Source: Nemertoderma westbladi (lineage: Eukaryota; Animalia; Xenacoelomorpha). From it: 59,368 nt of DNA. Where the stretch lies: positions 1-59,368 of the forward strand of contig JAUCBJ010009094.1 in assembly GCA_032718475.1 (NCBI GenBank). The letters run 5' to 3'. This document shows positions 44,171 through 58,225 of this stretch, one piece after another. Position 1 is the stretch's first letter; every line of letters starts with the position of its first letter. The notes under the pieces were generated by a model. It did no database searches. It was given only the letters and a program-made list of their open reading frames with translations, and was not told the DNA's origin. The position numbers and the translations under genes are program-made.

Positions 44171-46552
44171 ATAGATAGATAGATAGATAGATTTATTTAT
44201 ACATTATGTAAAAACAATAACAAATACACCAAACAATGTACCGGTATAAAGGTATTGTCCAACATAACATATAGGATTACCCCTAAAGCTTTGCAGCTTA
44301 TTTCCAAGGGGGTCCTTTATGTTACTTGGTTACAAATACAATATTACACTACGCTAATTTAAAACCAATATAAAACGTAATTACACTATGTACATGTACA
44401 ACTTTACCGAGAGTGTGACAATGTCCGACTCAACGATAAAGATGTAATGTACAGAACAATTTATTATAAAACGTAATTACAGTATAAATAGTAAATAATT
44501 AATAAACTAATTGCTTACTGTAGGACTATTGTACCTATTTTTACATTGCACACGGAGGTGAGATTTAACTGCAGATTTAAAAGAATGTTTATTATTTAGG
44601 TTTTTAATTTCATTAGGCAGAGCGTTCCAATTTTTAATACCGTTAAAAAAGAAAGTCAGATTCAAAGGATTTACAATTCGGGAGGTAGAAGTTTGAAGCA
44701 CTAGCTCTGGTACTGTAAGAGTGTGTATCGCGTACTCTGTTGAATTTTTGTTTTAGGTAATGGGGACATTTACCATTATACACTTTATGCACATGGTTAA
44801 GGCGTAGCGTAGCTGCTTAACTCTACTATCTAAGTTAAGTAGTCCAGATTCAGAAAAGTCATCTGGAGTTAGGTGGTGCCTAGGTTTGTAGTCTTTAATA
44901 AATCGTACTACTTTATTCTGAGCTACTTGTAATTTACATTTAAGCTGTTTGGTTAAGCCTTCATACCAAGAAGAGCATGCATAGTCCATGTGACACTGTA
45001 TTAAAGAAGTGCAAAGTAACTTGCGGGAGTCGGTGTTTAAACTATTTTGGTTTCTGTATAGAAACCTAAGCCTACTGTTAACTTTCGAGAAAATATTTTT
45101 CACTGTACTTTCTCCTGATAAGCAGTTATCCAATGTGGCGCCTAAATATTTAACTTCCTTTTTATTTTCAATCTTATGTCCATTACTAGTGACTTCAGAC
45201 TTAGTTACCTTCTTTAGCTTTCTTTTGGAACCAAACAAAATACTTTCAGTCTTACCGTAGTGAATGGATAGCTTATTATCATATCAACCAACCACTCATT
45301 ACAGGATTCTAGAACTGCACTTAACTTTTGGGAAATATGGATAGGATCTTTATGAGAGAAAATAAGAGCACTGTCGTCGGCATATAAAATTTAAAATCGG
45401 GATCTATACTACTTATCATATCATTTACATAGCATACAAAAAGCAGAGGACCTAATATACTACCTTGCGGTACACCACAGGTAATCTCTTGTACAGTAGA
45501 CTGCGATTTGCTAATGACTACAGTTTGACCTCTGTCTGACAGGTAGGACTTGAACCAGTCTATAGAACCTACACCCATCAGGCCTAACATACCAAGCAGA
45601 ATTTCGTGATCTACAGTATCGAAAGCCTTTTGTAGGTCCAACATTACCATACCAGTATATAAAGCCTTTGCGTTATTACATCTAATTGTATCAGTTAAGT
45701 TAATAAGGCAGGTGTCTGTAGAATATGATTTACGAAAACCGGACTGAAGTTAATAGATCTTGAGTATTTTTTGAAAAATTTTAGAATTTAGAAAAAGTAG
45801 ATTTTGAAAAACGAAATCCTCAGAAACGGGTTTTAAAAATAACTTTTCTGAATTTTGTAACTTCTCTAAATAAAAATTATTTAGAGTTTCGGACCCTATA
45901 CTATATTTATTACTTGATAACGGTAACCTCTTAACTAAATTAGAGGCAACATTAGTAAAATAATTATTAAATAAATTACTAACTAGAGTATGATCATGAA
46001 TCAGCTCACCGTTATCTTGCAGAACAATATTCGATTTAGATTTAAGGTTTTTATAACCTAAAGATTTTAGGGTAGACCATAGACTTTTAGGATTATCTTT
46101 ATTCTCACTTATTTTGTTGTACAAATATTCAGATTTAGCTTTTTTTATTTCCTGTTGGACAAGGTTTCTATATTTGCAGTAATTATTATAATCAGCTAAA
46201 ACACGGTATTTCCTAAATTTATACAAATATTTATCTCTTTCTCTGATATTACTAAGAATACCCGAGGTCATCCAGGGCTCAGTGCGTTGTTTAAGACTAA
46301 TTTCTTTAATTGGTGCTACAGTATTAAGTGCCTTTAGAAATATATCTTTAAAAACAGTGTACGCAAGGAAAATGTCAGCGGCCTTAAAACAGGGTTCCCA
46401 GTCAGAATTAACTAACAAACTTAAAAAGCGTTCCTTGCTGTAATTTTTCATAGACCTAACTGTTACTGTTTTATGATCCCCGAAAAAAGATTTTTGAGTC
46501 TTTCTTGTGCAAAAAACTATAAAATGATCGCTTAGACTTATAGGTAAAACCC
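44171..46552 (-). mobile_element. 5'-truncated CR1/L2-group LINE, frameshifted, with (TCTA)n tail
   Basis: [37 protein letters not shown] motifs; microsatellite tail at 44171-44190. Confidence 0.9.
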
Positions 46553-48256
46553 TACAGCTTGCCAACACATTGTTACTACCTTTAAAAAGGCACATTTCAC
46601 TGATTATCAAGGAAATGAATATCCATCCAGTTGTCTGCAAATCATGCAGTCTGCCAGTCTGTGAGGAATTGAAGACAAGACATACTGCATACAGACATTT
46701 CCTCTACTTATCTACTGCTGTACTGTTATGGAATTCATCCCTAAATCATCTTGCTTGATATTACTGGCATGGGCAAGATCTCTCGTATTAGTTGCCATAG
46801 CATACTGACCCACCACATCCATGAACCATATTAATCTGTAAATATGAAATATATAAATAAATAATAATATAAAAACCTAAATAATCCATATACCAATTAA
46901 GACTAATATTACAATCCCGATCCAATATCCATCAGTTGATCCAAAATCTTCCTTCTTGACTTGCCGCCTGGGTTGACTGATCTTCTCTCATTGTCTCATC
47001 TGTTTGGTTTGCCTGATTGTGTGTTTCAGGCCTCTCCAATAAATATACATAAATAATATAAAATATTATAATAGGCTTTATTATGTCTAATGCTCAACAA
47101 TTTATGTAGCCAGGGATAAACTTGGAAAGTCTATTATAATGTTTAGCAACTTTCTAGTCATTATTATTATTATATTAAACTATAATATTTTTTTTATCCA
47201 AGTTCCAACAACCCGATTTCGGCCGATTTTGGATATGTTGATAAGCATAAAATTTGGGCCTAGAAAATATTAAATTAAATTCTGTTGCTGTTGCAATTTG
47301 TCCGAGGTTGAGCCTTTTTTCGCCTATTTTGACTGGACTATAATATATAACACATTATATGTATATTCGTTGCTAAATAAAATATAGGCCTATAATTAAA
47401 TATTTAAAAGCTGAAATATTTCCACTAACCAAAGCTATTTAATTTTATTTTAAAATATTATTGTAACTTTCTCAAATGCATAAAACCCATCCACCCACAG
47501 TCTGATGTGTGTGTTGGTGAGGCTGTACTGCTTTTTTGCTAAGCAACAAAGGTTTCCAGGGTTTCCTATGCTTGGTTGTTGTTGCCAGGTTGTTTGGCTT
47601 GGTTGTTGACACTCATACACATACATCATCAGACAGTGGCTAGTCAACAGTATGCAAGCAAGTATAACTTTACAATGCTGTAACTGCGAGCAAGGAAGTT
47701 ATTTACTCCTTTCAAAGTATTGTAAAAAAATACCCTACTATTATACTATTATACGGCCATAGTAATCCTGAGACTAGAGATTTATTATTAATTGATTTAG
47801 ATTCAGTATTTTTGTATAACCAACTGTGAGATGTCAGGATGTATGTATACCACTGTCTGACTTGACTTCTGGCCTGGCAGACCAGGTAATGCATCATTAG
47901 GTACTTTAGTCTTTAGATCCTGTGTCTTTACATCCAGCAAGTTGTCATCATGTCATGTGTTCTTAGGTCCTATGTATTGCATATTACACATTGCACTCGC
48001 ACTTGCACATTACAATGTTACCAGCACTTCTACAATAAATGGAATATAGAACTGGTTATATATCATTATTTAAACTTACAGTATATACTTACAATTATTT
48101 TATTTTAATTATTCAGTAGGATGTATTGTATATATTTAATTTATTAGGCCTACTATGTATATTATATACACTTTATTTATAATTTTTACATAATTTATTA
48201 TATATTTATATTGATTTTTTGCATTCATTTTCATACTATTAGACAATTATTATACA

Positions 48257-48542
48257 TACTAGCAGGCAATACCCGAGACATGTTACCCGGTATTTCCTGC
48301 TACCGGCATAGGCCTACTGGCGTACTGGTACCGGCATAGGCCTACTGGCGTACTGGTACCGGTATAGGCCTACTGACGTACCGGTACCCAGTACCGGTAC
48401 CGAACGTGAATTAAACTTTTCGAAAAGTGGCCTATAACGACCGCTGGTTAATGTTATACACACATGCCAAGTTCCAGCGCAATCCTTCTGCCCGTTTTGG
48501 AGGAGTTCGAACACAGAGAGAGAATGCTGATTGTAGTAGTAG
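48257..48542 (+). mobile_element. Non-autonomous Helitron/Helentron-like repeat with an internal ~28 bp tandem array
   Basis: Starts TACTAGCAGGCAATACCCG; TACCGGCATAGGCCTACTGGCGTACTGG x~3; body shared with 7600-7815. Confidence 0.5.
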
Positions 48543-48719
48543 TTAGTTACCCATGGAGCCATTGGCTGTTTGTTCATAATTTGGGATGTGCCGCTTGTGC
48601 CCAGCCAGATCATCCAGTCATTATTCATTGGGAGCCACACTGCCGAGGAAGCAGAGACTCTTAAGGATCCGCAAATGCCAGGTACTCATAGGCTAACCCT
48701 TCCACCCGAAATTTATTAC

Positions 48720-48845
48720 CTGTACATGTAGTGACACCATCTCCTGTATATCCAGACTTGCAGCTGCAACTAAATCCAGGGGCAGTATTGGAACAGTCAG
48801 CATTAATGTGACAGTTGTCGGTGTTTAATGTACATTCATCAATAT
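48720..48845 (-). other. Orphan cbEGF exon copy (variant, NTAPGF)
   Basis: 126 bp with splice sites intact; two substitutions versus the other copies. Confidence 0.85.
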
Positions 48846-49261
48846 CTGTAAAATTATGTTAAATCATTTTTAAGTAAATATAAAACATGAAAAAATTGTT
48901 TTAATTTATTAATTCATTATGGATGCGCACCAGTTGATCAGTCCATGCTGTGCTTGAGGTTTTTGGTTTGTGTAGAGGGGATGGTAAGCCTGTGATTGCG
49001 TTACCCATGGTACCACCATGGAGCCGTGGGCTGTTTGTTCATCATGTGGGATGTGCCACTTGCGGAACCTCTTGTGCCCATCCAGATCATCCAGTCATTA
49101 TTCATTGGGAGCCACACTGCCAAGGAAGCAGAGACTCTAAGGATCCGCAAATGCCAGGTACTCATCAACCCAGGCTACCCCTTCAACCCGGTAGCTTAGG
49201 AGATCCTGGGCTGAAAATACAATTTTATGTAATCTTCGGTCAGACTGTGAAATATATTTCT

Positions 49262-50906
49262 TAGGTGATTTTAATATCTGTTACCATCACAAAGCATCCC
49301 CCATCTGTAAACAGTACCAAAGTATTTTAAATTTGTTTGGTTTAAAACAAATTATTCGAGATTCTACCAGAATTACCAGTAAAACTTCTACTTTACTAGA
49401 TCACATCCTTTGTAATAATACCAATATTATTTCTCAATCTGGGGTTTTACCTATAAGTCTAAGCGATCATTTTATAGTTTTTTGCACAAGAAAGACTCAA
49501 AAATCTTTTTTCGGGGATCATAAAACAGTAACAGTTAGGTCTATGAAAAATTACAGCAAGGAACGCTTTTTAAGTTTGTTAGTTAATTCTGACTGGGAAC
49601 CCTGTTTTAAGGCCGCTGACATTTTCCTTGCGTACACTGTTTTTAAAGATATATTTCTAAAGGCACTTAATACTGTAGCACCAATTAAAGAAATTAGTCT
49701 TAAACAACGCACTGAGCCCTGGATGACCTCGGGTATTCTTAGTAATATCAGAGAAAGAGATAACTATTTGTATAAATTTAGGAAATACCGTGTTTTAGCT
49801 GATTATAATAATTACTGCAAATATAGAAACCTTGTCCAACAGGAAATAAAAAAAGCTAAATCTGAATATTTGTACAACAAAATAAGTGAGAATAAAGATA
49901 ATCCTAAAAGTCTATGGTCTACCCTAAAATCTTTACGTTATAAAAACCTTAAATCTAAATCGAATATTGTTCTGCAAGATAACGGTGAGCTGATTCATGA
50001 TCATACTCTAGTTAGTAATTTATTTAATAATTATTTTACTAATGTTGCCTCTAATTTAGTTAAGAGGTTACCGTTATCAAGTAATAAATATAGTATAGGG
50101 TCCGAAACTCTAAATAATTTTTATTTAGAGAAGTTACAAAATTCAGAAAAGTTATTTTTAAAACCCGTTTCTGAGGATTTCGTTTTTCAAAATCTACTTA
50201 GCCTATCAGCCTCAAAAAGTACCGGTCTAGACCTAATACCTGCCCGTTTTCTTAAGGATGGTGCTGAAGTACTTAAAGTGCCGATTACTTTTATTATTAA
50301 TTACTCTATCGTAGATAATGTAGTACCAGACGAACTGAAATTAGCTAAGGTTGTTCCTCTGTATAAAAAGAATAGTAAAGTAGAACCATGTAATTACAGA
50401 CCTGTTAGTGTCTTAAGTATTGTATCTCAAATTCTAGAACGTTCTGTTTTTCTACAGCTGGAAGCACATCTTAGTAGGCTAAATCTGATCTATTAACTTC
50501 AGTCCGGTTTTCGTAAATCATATTCTACAGACACCTGCCTTATTAACTTAACTGATACAATTAGATGTAATAACGCAAAGGCTTTATATATACTGGTATG
50601 GTAATGTTGGACCTACAAAAGGCTTTCGATACTGTAGATCACGAAATTCTGCTTGGTATGTTAGGCCTGATGGGTGTAGGTTCTATAGACTGGTTCAAGT
50701 CCTACCTGTCAGACAGAGATTAGCGTAGTGTAATATTGTATTTGTAACCAAGTAACATAAAGGACCCCCTTGGAAATAAGCTGCAAAGCTTTAGGGGTAA
50801 TCCTATATGTTATGTTGGACAATACCTTTATACCAGTACATTGTTTGGTGTATTTGTTATTGTTTTTACATAATGTATAAATAAATCTATCTATCTATCT
50901 ATCTAT
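49262..50906 (+). mobile_element. CR1/L2-group LINE fragment (endonuclease end to RT start, internal deletion, TCTA tail)
   Basis: GDFNI, TLLDHI, SDH, NYRPVSVL; jumps at ~50718 to the 3'UTR. Confidence 0.9.
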
Positions 50907-51107
50907 GAGATCCTGGGCTGCCCCAGCTCTGAAACATCTGAGTTCCTGAATGAGTTTGGGGCCAGACTCCATGCTGTAACACAAGTGTCCAGATTTCACG
51001 GATTCTTCATGAAGATACTGGCTATTGCGTTTCTGGCTGGTAATGCGGTCTCCATCTTGGGGACAGCGGATGCCCTGCTCATAACAGCAACAGACTCTAA
51101 GAGGTAG
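50907..51107 (+). mobile_element. 3'-terminal fragment of diverged CRE-like element (mirror of 43970-44170)
   Basis: Same translation ending ...GNAVSILGT...KR*. Confidence 0.7.
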
Positions 51108-51557
51108 TCCATAGTCCAAGAAATGCCACTCTATTCCACTACCCCCCCCCCCCCCCCCCCCCCAAACCACCCTCAAACTTTCTAACAGATCTAACTGCCT
51201 CAACCTTCCCATTTATAATTGTACTTCATGAATTAATACCACCTCTATCAACCACCCTCCATGAACACCGATTAAGATTCAGTGGGCACTGCTGGAAAAG
51301 TAAGCATGAGGTCATGCCAGATCTACTTTTCCGGCAACCAACACAAGAAAAGCATAGCCATGGAAGACCGGCTATGACATATATTTAGACAAATGAAAGG
51401 GATGCTTGACTAAGGAAAAACGAAATTGCGACACTCATGGAGAATAGGTAAGGGAAGCCTGGAAGGACCTTATGTATTACAGTAAATATAAAGCGGAAAA
51501 TTATATTTTGGCATATTATTATTAACTCAATGATTTTTATTTAAGAAAGTTTATTAC

Positions 51558-51683
51558 CTGTACATGTAGTGACACCATCTCCTGTATATCCAGACTTGCA
51601 GCTGCAACTAAATCCAGTGACAGTATTGGAACAGTCAGCATTAATGTGACAGTTGTCGGTGTTTAATGTACATTCATCAATAT
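51558..51683 (-). other. Orphan cbEGF exon copy
   Basis: Reverse complement of 43400-43525. Confidence 0.9.
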
Positions 51684-52993
51684 CTGTAAAATTATGTTAA
51701 ATCATTTTTAAGTAAAAATGAAAAAAATTATTTTAATTTATTAATTCATTATGGATGCGCACCAGTTGATCAGTCCATGCTGTGCTTGAGGTTTTTGGTT
51801 TGTGTAGAGGGTATGGTAAGCGTGTCGATTGCGTTACCCGATTGTGTTATCATCAGTTGTTTAAATCACAGTTGTTACTACAGTTTGTTGTAATATTAAT
51901 ATACTGTGTATGTAATATTCTTTAATATATTACAAATTTACATTGTTTTTTCCCTTTTATCTCATGTCTTCATCCTCATGTGATGCTGTTCAATGATAAA
52001 TATAAGATGACCTGTAAGAGATAAAATATGTACAATTATAAAGTTGTGGCTTGAGTATCTACTAATGCAGGTTCACCCACTATACATTATCTCATTTCAA
52101 CATCATTAAAAAATTAAATCAAGTACAATTAAAATTAAAAAATTAACAAATTTGAGGCTATCAAGTCCTTCCCCCAACCCACCGCCCGCCAAACCGATAT
52201 TGTGTTATAATCTTTATTTTACTGTAATGGCTACTAAACTATTGCTACAGTACAGCCGCGCTTGAGTACCTATACTATACAACGTAAATCTGTAAATTGT
52301 TGATTATATCAAGTCTAATAAATTGCCATTGTGCTTCCATACTGTAAAAATTTTAAATTTATCAGGTTGTGCATTTGGAATAATTAAAGGATTGATTGAA
52401 TTGATAAGCAATTGATTGAAATTGTCTGAAAATCAGTAGTAAAATTGCTTTCCCTAGCGTCACACAAGCACAAGATACTTCACTTTTGTTTTACTAACTT
52501 CTATGTCGAAAAGGCAGTGTGGCAAAGTGTCCTGCACCCATTGATAGTCAGTACTGCAGAAGGCTTACTTACTCTAAGGTACTGAGTTGAAGGCTAACAC
52601 CACCCTAATTTGAATTTTAGGTGATCTGTCATGCAATGTAGTTAGCCTACTGCTGTACCATATCCATAGACATATATGGTACTTAATCCACTACCAGAAT
52701 TTTTGAAAATCTGAACTAAGATTAAGAATCTTCTAATACCTAGCTGATAGGAGGAAGACTGCAGGACTGTATTGTAAGCAGTGTATGGGTACTGGTTCAG
52801 TGGTCCTATGTAGGCCTACTGGTATTTCTTTTTAAATAAAAAAAAACATTTTTACATTTTAGCCTTAGGCCTATTGATATTACAGTCAGGTAATATGAAT
52901 CACATAACCTTCATCAATATATTATGGTATCTGAGAAAAATTGGTATTAAAGCAAACATTGCCTGTAGCATTTTATTGCAAGAAGTTATTTAA

Positions 52994-55900
52994 GGTGGCT
53001 CAACATGAAAAATAAATATAAAAATCAAATTTTTTTTTATTATGGATTCTAAACCACAATTTAATGGAGATTCCGAATATGTAAGTTATATTCAATGAAT
53101 GTCACTCTGTCAAAAGTTATGACGTCTTTTGTGAAAGTTGTCCGAACACACCCGCCCCTAATAAAAATCACTGCCAAGTCTATTTTTTGCTTCATAAGAA
53201 TTTTGTTGCGAAAGAGACAAATCTATGTTATTTTCCACACTTTACAAAGTAGAGGGAAATTCAAAGTTTAATTTACAGTCTTTCTTATACATCTGGTAGG
53301 CCTATTGCAGCAGCACACTGCGGATTTAGGTTGCTTGAGTTACTTTGAGCTCGGCTGGTATGTTACTGTAGGTGTATTAATTTATAATTGTATATGGTGC
53401 GCCTAATACCAAGAGAATGCCTCGCAGTACAAGCACATACAAACATCATAAATTTCTCGGTAATCAACATGTGAAGAAGCTGGATGACAAACCCGTTGGT
53501 AAGTAAGTAAAAGTAGGTAGATGTCCGGTTTGATAATCATTGAAGGTACAATAGGGCTGCTCTTGATCAAGTTAGTTTGTGAATAACATTGTAATTTGTC
53601 TGTATTAGTGGATTTATGACTTTTTTTCTTCTAAGATAACAGCCTTATTATTATTATTATTGTCATATCCACCAGTAGTTGGATATGACAATAATAATTT
53701 GTCCCAAAATACCACAAAAACCCCAAAAACACCAAAAAAATTGATGGCCTCAACCTCAATATAAGCTATCATACGGGTTATGCTTAGGTAACAGTTTTAG
53801 CATATGTTATATTATTTACATATTTACAAGCAAGTACTACTTATTATAATGAGTATTGCCACTTTTTATAGATGTTCAAAGTGATGAAAGTGCACCCATC
53901 ATAGCTGTACCAACAAGTAGTGCTAGCAGATCAAAACTGAGGTATGTGGATCCACCCAATCCCAAAGATAAGAATACTCCACCATCAACCTTCCATATCA
54001 TTGATCTATCCATACTCAATAAAGCACTAGGTAAATCTGCAATTTGCAAAACTTGCAAACGGCGGAAGTATAGTATTTCTGTCCACACTGTTCCTTCACC
54101 TACGAGTTGTGGATTCTGTGAGACCTTTGAACTTAGATGTAGATATTCCTATCCTCATAGAATTGCCCCTGAGTCATTTAGTTCATCTAACTATAGCCAT
54201 TCACATTCAAGGTTGTTTGAGCTTAACTTGCGTATGATGTATGGATTTAGATGTGTTGGACTTGGGCTGGAGCCTGCCAAAATATTTGCAGCAGTTTCGG
54301 GCTTATATCATCAAATATAATATCGTATAATACGGCTATTGAAAGTGCAGTGGAGATTGAATCATTGAAGTCAATGAAAAGGGCTGCAGGTGAAGTAAAG
54401 GATGCTAATGATGGTAGTAGTGATACAGGTGCATCTTTTGACGGGTCATGGCAAAGGCGAGGATACAGTTCTCTCAATGGGTTTGTTTCTTGTATAAGTA
54501 TGGACACAGGGAAGGTGTTGAAATATTGTCGAAGTTCTGTCGAACCTGTTCTAGGGAAGATAACCCTCTACCACACAAATGTACTAGCAATTACAGTGGG
54601 TCAAGTGGAGGAATGGAGGTTGTTGGGGCTCTCAATATCTATAATAGATCCATGAATGACAGAGGCCTTGCATATGTTGAATACCTTGGGGATGGGGATA
54701 CATCAACCTTTTCCAATGTAAAAGAGGCAAAACCTTATAAAGGAAAAGAGATAACCAAGTTAGAATGTGTAGGACACGTCCAAAAGAGACTCGGTTCACG
54801 GCTCCGTACCCTGAAGAAGGATCTTGGACAAGATTGATAGTCTCCAGCTCTATTATGGTAGAGCCATAAGGGAAAATAACTCCTCTGTTCGGGAAATGAA
54901 GAAGGCTATATGGGCATCTTTCTTTCATACGTGCTCTACCGACAAGAGTCCAAGCCATCAGTTATGTTCTGATCAATGGTGCAAGTATAAACAGGCACAG
55001 AAAGAAGGTAAATGTTATGTACACAGAAACTCACTACCACGTGCTGTGACTGATGCCATTAAACCTATCTACAAGGCATTGTCAGAACCGGAATTGTTAT
55101 CTAAATGCCTTCATGGTCAGAGACACAATCGGAATGAAGGCCTCAATAATCTCGCTTGGAGCCGATGCCCGAAGAGGGTCTTCATTAGTAAACAAGCTCT
55201 CTCTATTGGCATAAATGATGCAGTTATATGCTTCAATGGACGTTATCAAGGAAGAGTTGGTGTCCTAGACCAACTTGTCAGTAGTTCAAAGAAAACGGTT
55301 AAGGATTTTCAGACATTTGACCGAAAGCGAATCCTGCAGGCTGACCGGAAAATATCCAAATTAGAGCGCCAGTCTAGAATTCTACGGCGACAAAGGCGGA
55401 AACGAAAACTTCCTACTGGGCCGAAAACATACGATAGTGGAATGTTCTAGACCACTTTATGTATTTGATATACTCCATGCTCCTTAGTTATATAGTTGCT
55501 GTTTGCCATAAATATAATTGTGTATTTACATTGTAAAATAATTGTATGATCGAATGAAAATAATTGTATGATCGAATGTATTAAAGTTTACATATTCACT
55601 GAACTTTAAACATGTTTTTTCTGCCGCTTGCATTTGTTTTCATTCATGTACCTCTTTCTCAAAAACTACTGAAGGTATAGGTATGAAATTTTGGGACCTT
55701 GTACAGAATTTCCAGCTCTTTCTTAATGGCCTCAATGACATAGATTCATCAATGTGGTTGTGCTTGCCACACACAACTAAAACAACTGCAGAACTGAAAT
55801 AAACTCAACTAAACTACTGTGTGGCCGCGAACTGTATGTTTACATTTTATTTTAATTGCTGGAGTTATGGTGGTGGGCTCTGTATTACTTTATTTGAATA

Positions 55901-56416
55901 AATATCATAACTATTAAATGAATGTATTGTACTGTAATTGAAATTCAATAAAAAAAGTGCCAGATACGATAAGTTATCCACAGTTAGGATGTGATTGATT
56001 ATCAGTTGAAATAAATTTGTTAAACTGTTTCATATGCAGTAAAACCTTTTTGCCATGTGGTTGTGCTTTGTGTGCCGCATTGTACTGGAGCCTAAAATAA
56101 TTAAATTACAATATTATTATTTTATACTGTAATTATACATTTTCTGAAAATATAATCTTAGGCCTAGGTTTCAGTGTGAAATATATAATATAAAATGTTT
56201 GTAGGGGCTCTAATGTCAAACATGGACTGATGTACTGTTACTACACAGATATGGATTGGGTGCATCAGTGTTACAATAAATAAATTAATTTTTAATTTAA
56301 ATGTGTTTGAAAGCCTAAAGCAGTTTTGATATTGATTTTGAATTGGTTATTAGCCACTCAATAAATGTCGCAACCACGTAATTTCACAATATTAGCAATA
56401 ATTTAATGGGAGTGCC
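52994..56416 (+). mobile_element. Kolobok-type / Mutator-like DNA transposon (mirror copy)
   Basis: TTAA|GG at 52990-52995 and CC|TTAA at 56415-56420. Confidence 0.6.
53417..55450 (+). pseudogene. Frameshifted transposase; exon 1 53417-53498, intron 53499-53871
   Basis: GTAAGT donor and TTTTATAG acceptor join in frame (..KPV-D-VQSD..); DDE motifs are split across frames. Confidence 0.85.
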
Positions 56417-56928
56417 TTAAAATATTACAATATCCATATTAAACTGCTTGCTGGACAGTGATGTGTATACAAAGACTTATATTTCCATCGCTCTTATAAA
56501 GTTAATAAATTTCTCATATTGTTACAAATCATATATTTACGCTGCTGGCCTGCGCCAGCAGTTTTGCCAGCAACGCTCTAACAATAATAAACAAGCCCCC
56601 CCCCCCCCCGGACCTACACTCATTCCCATTCTCATATAATACTGGGATGCTCCTGCTGAAACATAAGTCTGCTTTGCAAAGAATAACTATATCTAAATGT
56701 GGCTGGCCTATATCTCAGCTTACTAAATATTACTAAACTTGCTCATGAAGAGCCAGACCAATAAGAAATCTTACTACTGGCTTATATTATACAGTTGTAT
56801 TTATTTGTAATGGTATCTTTCACTATAAATTTTAACGAAGTTTATTAATTAAATAAAAATTATAATTAACAGTTCGTATTTAGTTCGTTTATATTAGTTC
56901 GTATTAGTTCAAAGATGAATAGATAAGA

Positions 56929-57021
56929 TCAAATATTAAATTTGATTTGCTTTGTCCCCAGCCGCTTGGAGAATTCCCGACCAATCTTGGGAACCTCGAT
57001 GACCTTTGATGATTTGTACAT
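56929..57021 (-). pseudogene. Diverged BAF-like 5' fragment with its promoter block (57022-57618)
   Basis: MYKSSKVIEVPKIGREFSKRLGTKQIKFNI*; upstream sequence is the reverse complement of ~6068-6660. Confidence 0.75.
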
Positions 57022-58135
57022 TATTATTCGTATTCGTATACAAAGATGAATAGGATATCAAATATTACCGATTATTATACAGTATATGTCCAATTTGTAA
57101 ATGATTTTTCTCCTAATTGACATAGATTGATGTGCAGTTTTATTATATATAATATTTTGAATTCCAGAACTTAGTTTTGATTGGTTGATTTGAGCAATAC
57201 TGTTCTGATTGGCTAAAACAAAATGGTATTTGTTAGGCGGTTTGGGTGGTAGGTTTATCCGTTAAGTACTAGTACTGGTACCAGTAGGCCTACCAGTATT
57301 AAACCTTTGATATCTGAGGCATATCAGGGCATTGTATGTACTTATTAATATAAGAAAGCAATGTCTAGTGATGGTCCAGATAATGTTCTTCGGAATTTTG
57401 TAAAAATAATGGAAAGTCAATCCTGATTATAAAAAGTGCAAGTCAATCAACAGCTTGGTTTAGTTAATGTTGTAATGTTATATATATACCTAAAACTAAA
57501 AGAGATTTAAAACACTGATAGATAATAAATAATTGATAATATAAAAAGGAAAGTACATATATAGTATTTACATAGAATACTACTATAAAAAAAGGAAAGT
57601 AAATTAAACTGATCAAGTAATCAGTACGACCACGTCTTATTCCAATGCGCATCATGACAATCGCAAGTATATAAGTCACATTAAATTCGAAGGACATAAC
57701 CAACGCCTGATTGGGACATGTCACTAGAAACTTTTCTAAATGTCCAAATACACCCTCCTCTTCAACGTGCTCTGGGAGATATTCCAGGAATTTCTTTAAT
57801 TGTTCCCTCACAATTCCTGTAGAGAAAAAAATAAACATAAAATAAATTGAGCAATAATAGAAAAATAATTATTGGTTATAAGTTAGACATATTCCAACTA
57901 TGTCCACTAACCCCATTATGTACATTTTACACTAACCCCACTATGCCCTATGTCCACTAACAAGGGCTATCAAAAATTATTAATTGATTTTGTAAACTCG
58001 CAATTACAATTAATTGCTTGGTTCAAGGCTTTAATTGCAATTAATTGATTGATATCGCTTTCGCTTTCGTCTTTTAACACAGCATATATTATACAAAATT
58101 CACAAATAAAGCCATATAATAAATATATTAAATTT

Positions 58136-58225
58136 GTCGGCACCTGTGTTGGCACCTGTGTCGGCACCTGTGTCGGTACCTGTGTCGGCACTTGTGTCGG
58201 CACTTGTATCGGCACTTGTATCGGC
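58136..58225. repeat. 12 bp tandem repeat (~7 units)
   Basis: TGTCGGCACCTG-type units. Confidence 0.9.

Larger units (their letters stand above)
24868..46552. repeat. Left arm of large inverted repeat (interrupted by the 13.3 kb insertion)
   Basis: 24868-28829 plus 42169-46552 is the reverse complement of 49442-56871 except for LINE-internal deletions. Confidence 0.9.
49442..56871. repeat. Right arm of large inverted repeat (lacks the 13.3 kb insertion)
   Basis: Reverse complement of the left arm; carries the empty target at 52916-52925. Confidence 0.9.

Noticed and set aside
43871-44182. 103 aa + strand ORF (and 50895-51212 minus)
   Set aside because: Crosses a poly-G run of variable length; the opposite strand carries the recognisable CRE C-terminus.
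57464-57838. Exon-like minus-strand frame (GIVREQLKKFLE...MRIGIRRG)
   Set aside because: Has an acceptor but is truncated by the BAF promoter block, and I cannot assign a product.
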